From Candidatus Micrarchaeota archaeon (lineage in GTDB: Archaea; Micrarchaeota; Micrarchaeia; Micrarchaeales; Micrarchaeaceae), in contig CAZQGC010000004.1 in assembly GCA_964592765.1 (NCBI GenBank), positions 25,233 through 49,232 on the forward strand: a stretch of 24,000 bases of DNA, in the 5' to 3' direction. The notes under the pieces are model-generated. The model was given only the letters and a program-made list of their open reading frames with translations. It was not told where the DNA came from and ran no database searches. Position 1 is the first letter of the stretch, and each line of letters opens with the position of its first letter. Both the position numbers and the translations under genes were made by a program. Shown in pieces: positions 23,162 to 24,000 of this stretch.

Positions 23162-24000
23162 TCAATCAATATTACTCTTGAAGAGCAGCAGGCTCGCTAT
23201 AAGGCCCACAGCCACGAATGCGCCCAGTGCCCCGAGATCCAGGAGCATCTGTGACATTGGATAATATCCAAGCATCATTACGTTGCGCACTCCCTGTGTT
23301 GCATACGTCATCGGATTGTAAGTCGCGAACGGCTGCATGAACGTCGGGAGGCTGGTCGCGGGGAAGAACGCCCCCGAAAGGAACCAGAGCGGCATTATTA
23401 TGACGGTTGACATAAGTGCGTAGACCTCTACTTTCGCTATCCTCGCGGCAAGAACAGTCGAGACGCCTGCAAATCCAAGCGAAACCAGCCCGCCAAGCAC
23501 GAATATCCATGCGATGCCGAGCCATCCCATAGCCACGGTCGCGCCATCCAGCAATCCTATGATCAGCGCCAGCAATATGTAGAGCAGCGACTGTGTGGTC
23601 CCTGCAAGCATCTTGCTCAGCACTATTGAGCTTTTGTGTATCGGTGACATGATGAACGACTTGAGGTTGCCCAGCTCCCGGTCGCTTATCAGCGACATGC
23701 CACTTCCGTTCATGGTCCCGAAGGCAGCTACCATCATCAGTATGCCCCCGACAAGAAACACTTTGTAGCTTGCCGCTGTACCGTAAAGCGGCCTTGCCGA
23801 TACATTGCTATGCGCCTGCACCATTACCCCCGGCTGCTGTTCGGTCCCGCTATCGTACTGCTGCGCCAGCGATTCAACATACGGAACCATTGCGCCAGTT
23901 GCCACGAAGTTTGAGTTTGAGTAGTACACATCAACGCTCGGGCTGCCTCCCACCGTCCTGGGGAAGGAGGGAAGTATGATTATTACGGCGCTGACCTTGC
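23162..24000 (-). CDS. ABC-2 type transporter permease, 5'-partial (continues beyond window end)
   Basis: A large extracytoplasmic loop is followed by five hydrophobic helices (FLVGGILMMVAAFG..., LYILLALIIGLL..., IAWIFVLGGLVSLGFAG..., MSTVIIMPLWFLSGAFFP..., LGALGAFVAVGLIASLLLF). The conserved FMQPFATYNPMTYATQGVR block is typical of ABC-2 permeases. The frame stays open upstream of the track's GTG (23953) to base 23998. The stop overlaps the downstream gene's TTG. Confidence 0.8.
   Translation of the reverse strand, partial: KVSAVIIILPSFPRTVGGSPSVDVYYSNSNFVATGAMVPYVESLAQQYDSGTEQQPGVMVQAHSNVSARPLYGTAASYKVFLVGGILMMVAAFGTMNGSGMSLISDRELGNLKSFIMSPIHKSSIVLSKMLAGTTQSLLYILLALIIGLLDGATVAMGWLGIAWIFVLGGLVSLGFAGVSTVLAARIAKVEVYALMSTVIIMPLWFLSGAFFPATSLPTFMQPFATYNPMTYATQGVRNVMMLGYYPMSQMLLDLGALGAFVAVGLIASLLLFKSNID

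Noticed and set aside
1-24000. A search for CRISPR arrays, IS elements, integrases, long direct or terminal inverted repeats, and prophage or defence genes.
   Set aside because: I saw none. The only tandem repetition is the coding 99-nt ankyrin periodicity. The PIN protein is the conserved Fcf1-like housekeeping type sitting beside rpoE', not a VapC toxin with a cognate antitoxin.

Overview
This is a gene-dense archaeal chromosomal window (~50% GC) with about 27 protein-coding genes. I found no rRNA, tRNA, CRISPR array, transposase or integrase. Archaeal identity rests on r-proteins L40e and L21e, fibrillarin, MCM, Rpo7/RpoE' plus Spt4, a TBP-type domain, an archaeal-type GluRS N-terminus, and TATA boxes ~25-30 nt upstream of starts. 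DnaK closely resembles what I recall of Thermoplasma DnaK, so a Thermoplasmata-like or acidophilic DPANN (Micrarchaeota-like) source is plausible but unproven.

Gene content falls into four groups:
- Information processing: trpS, rpl40e, PIN/Fcf1-rpoE'-spt4, GluRS-like, flpA, rpl21e, TBP-like, mcm.
- Heat-shock locus: hsp20, divergent from a wHTH regulator-grpE-dnaK-dnaJ operon.
- Envelope genes: a Wzx-like flippase, two N-glycosylation-sequon-rich membrane-anchored proteins, and an ABC-2 permease.
- Accessory-looking genes: an 11x33-aa ankyrin-like repeat protein, an oversized bacterial-type HMG-CoA-synthase-like enzyme, a CDGSH Fe-S protein, and a Zn-ribbon/TPR-like protein.

Two real genes are missing from the supplied ORF track. 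One is the 50-aa L40e (2635..2787). The other is a 3'-partial flippase on the minus strand (1..952).

I see no defence island or obvious multi-gene novel system. The observations most worth follow-up are:
- a TBP homologue with only one of the two canonical repeats (13217..13576);
- a GluRS that stops where the anticodon-binding domain should begin (9998..11209);
- the 653-aa HMGS-like enzyme with a long N-terminal extension;
- the heat-shock locus, with an archaeal wHTH in the hrcA position and a palindrome over the hsp20 TATA box;
- an overlapping ABC-2 permease / 4x beta-sandwich glycoprotein / unknown 307-aa gene cluster.

All calls come from reading the sequence and recalling family motifs. 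No database search was run.
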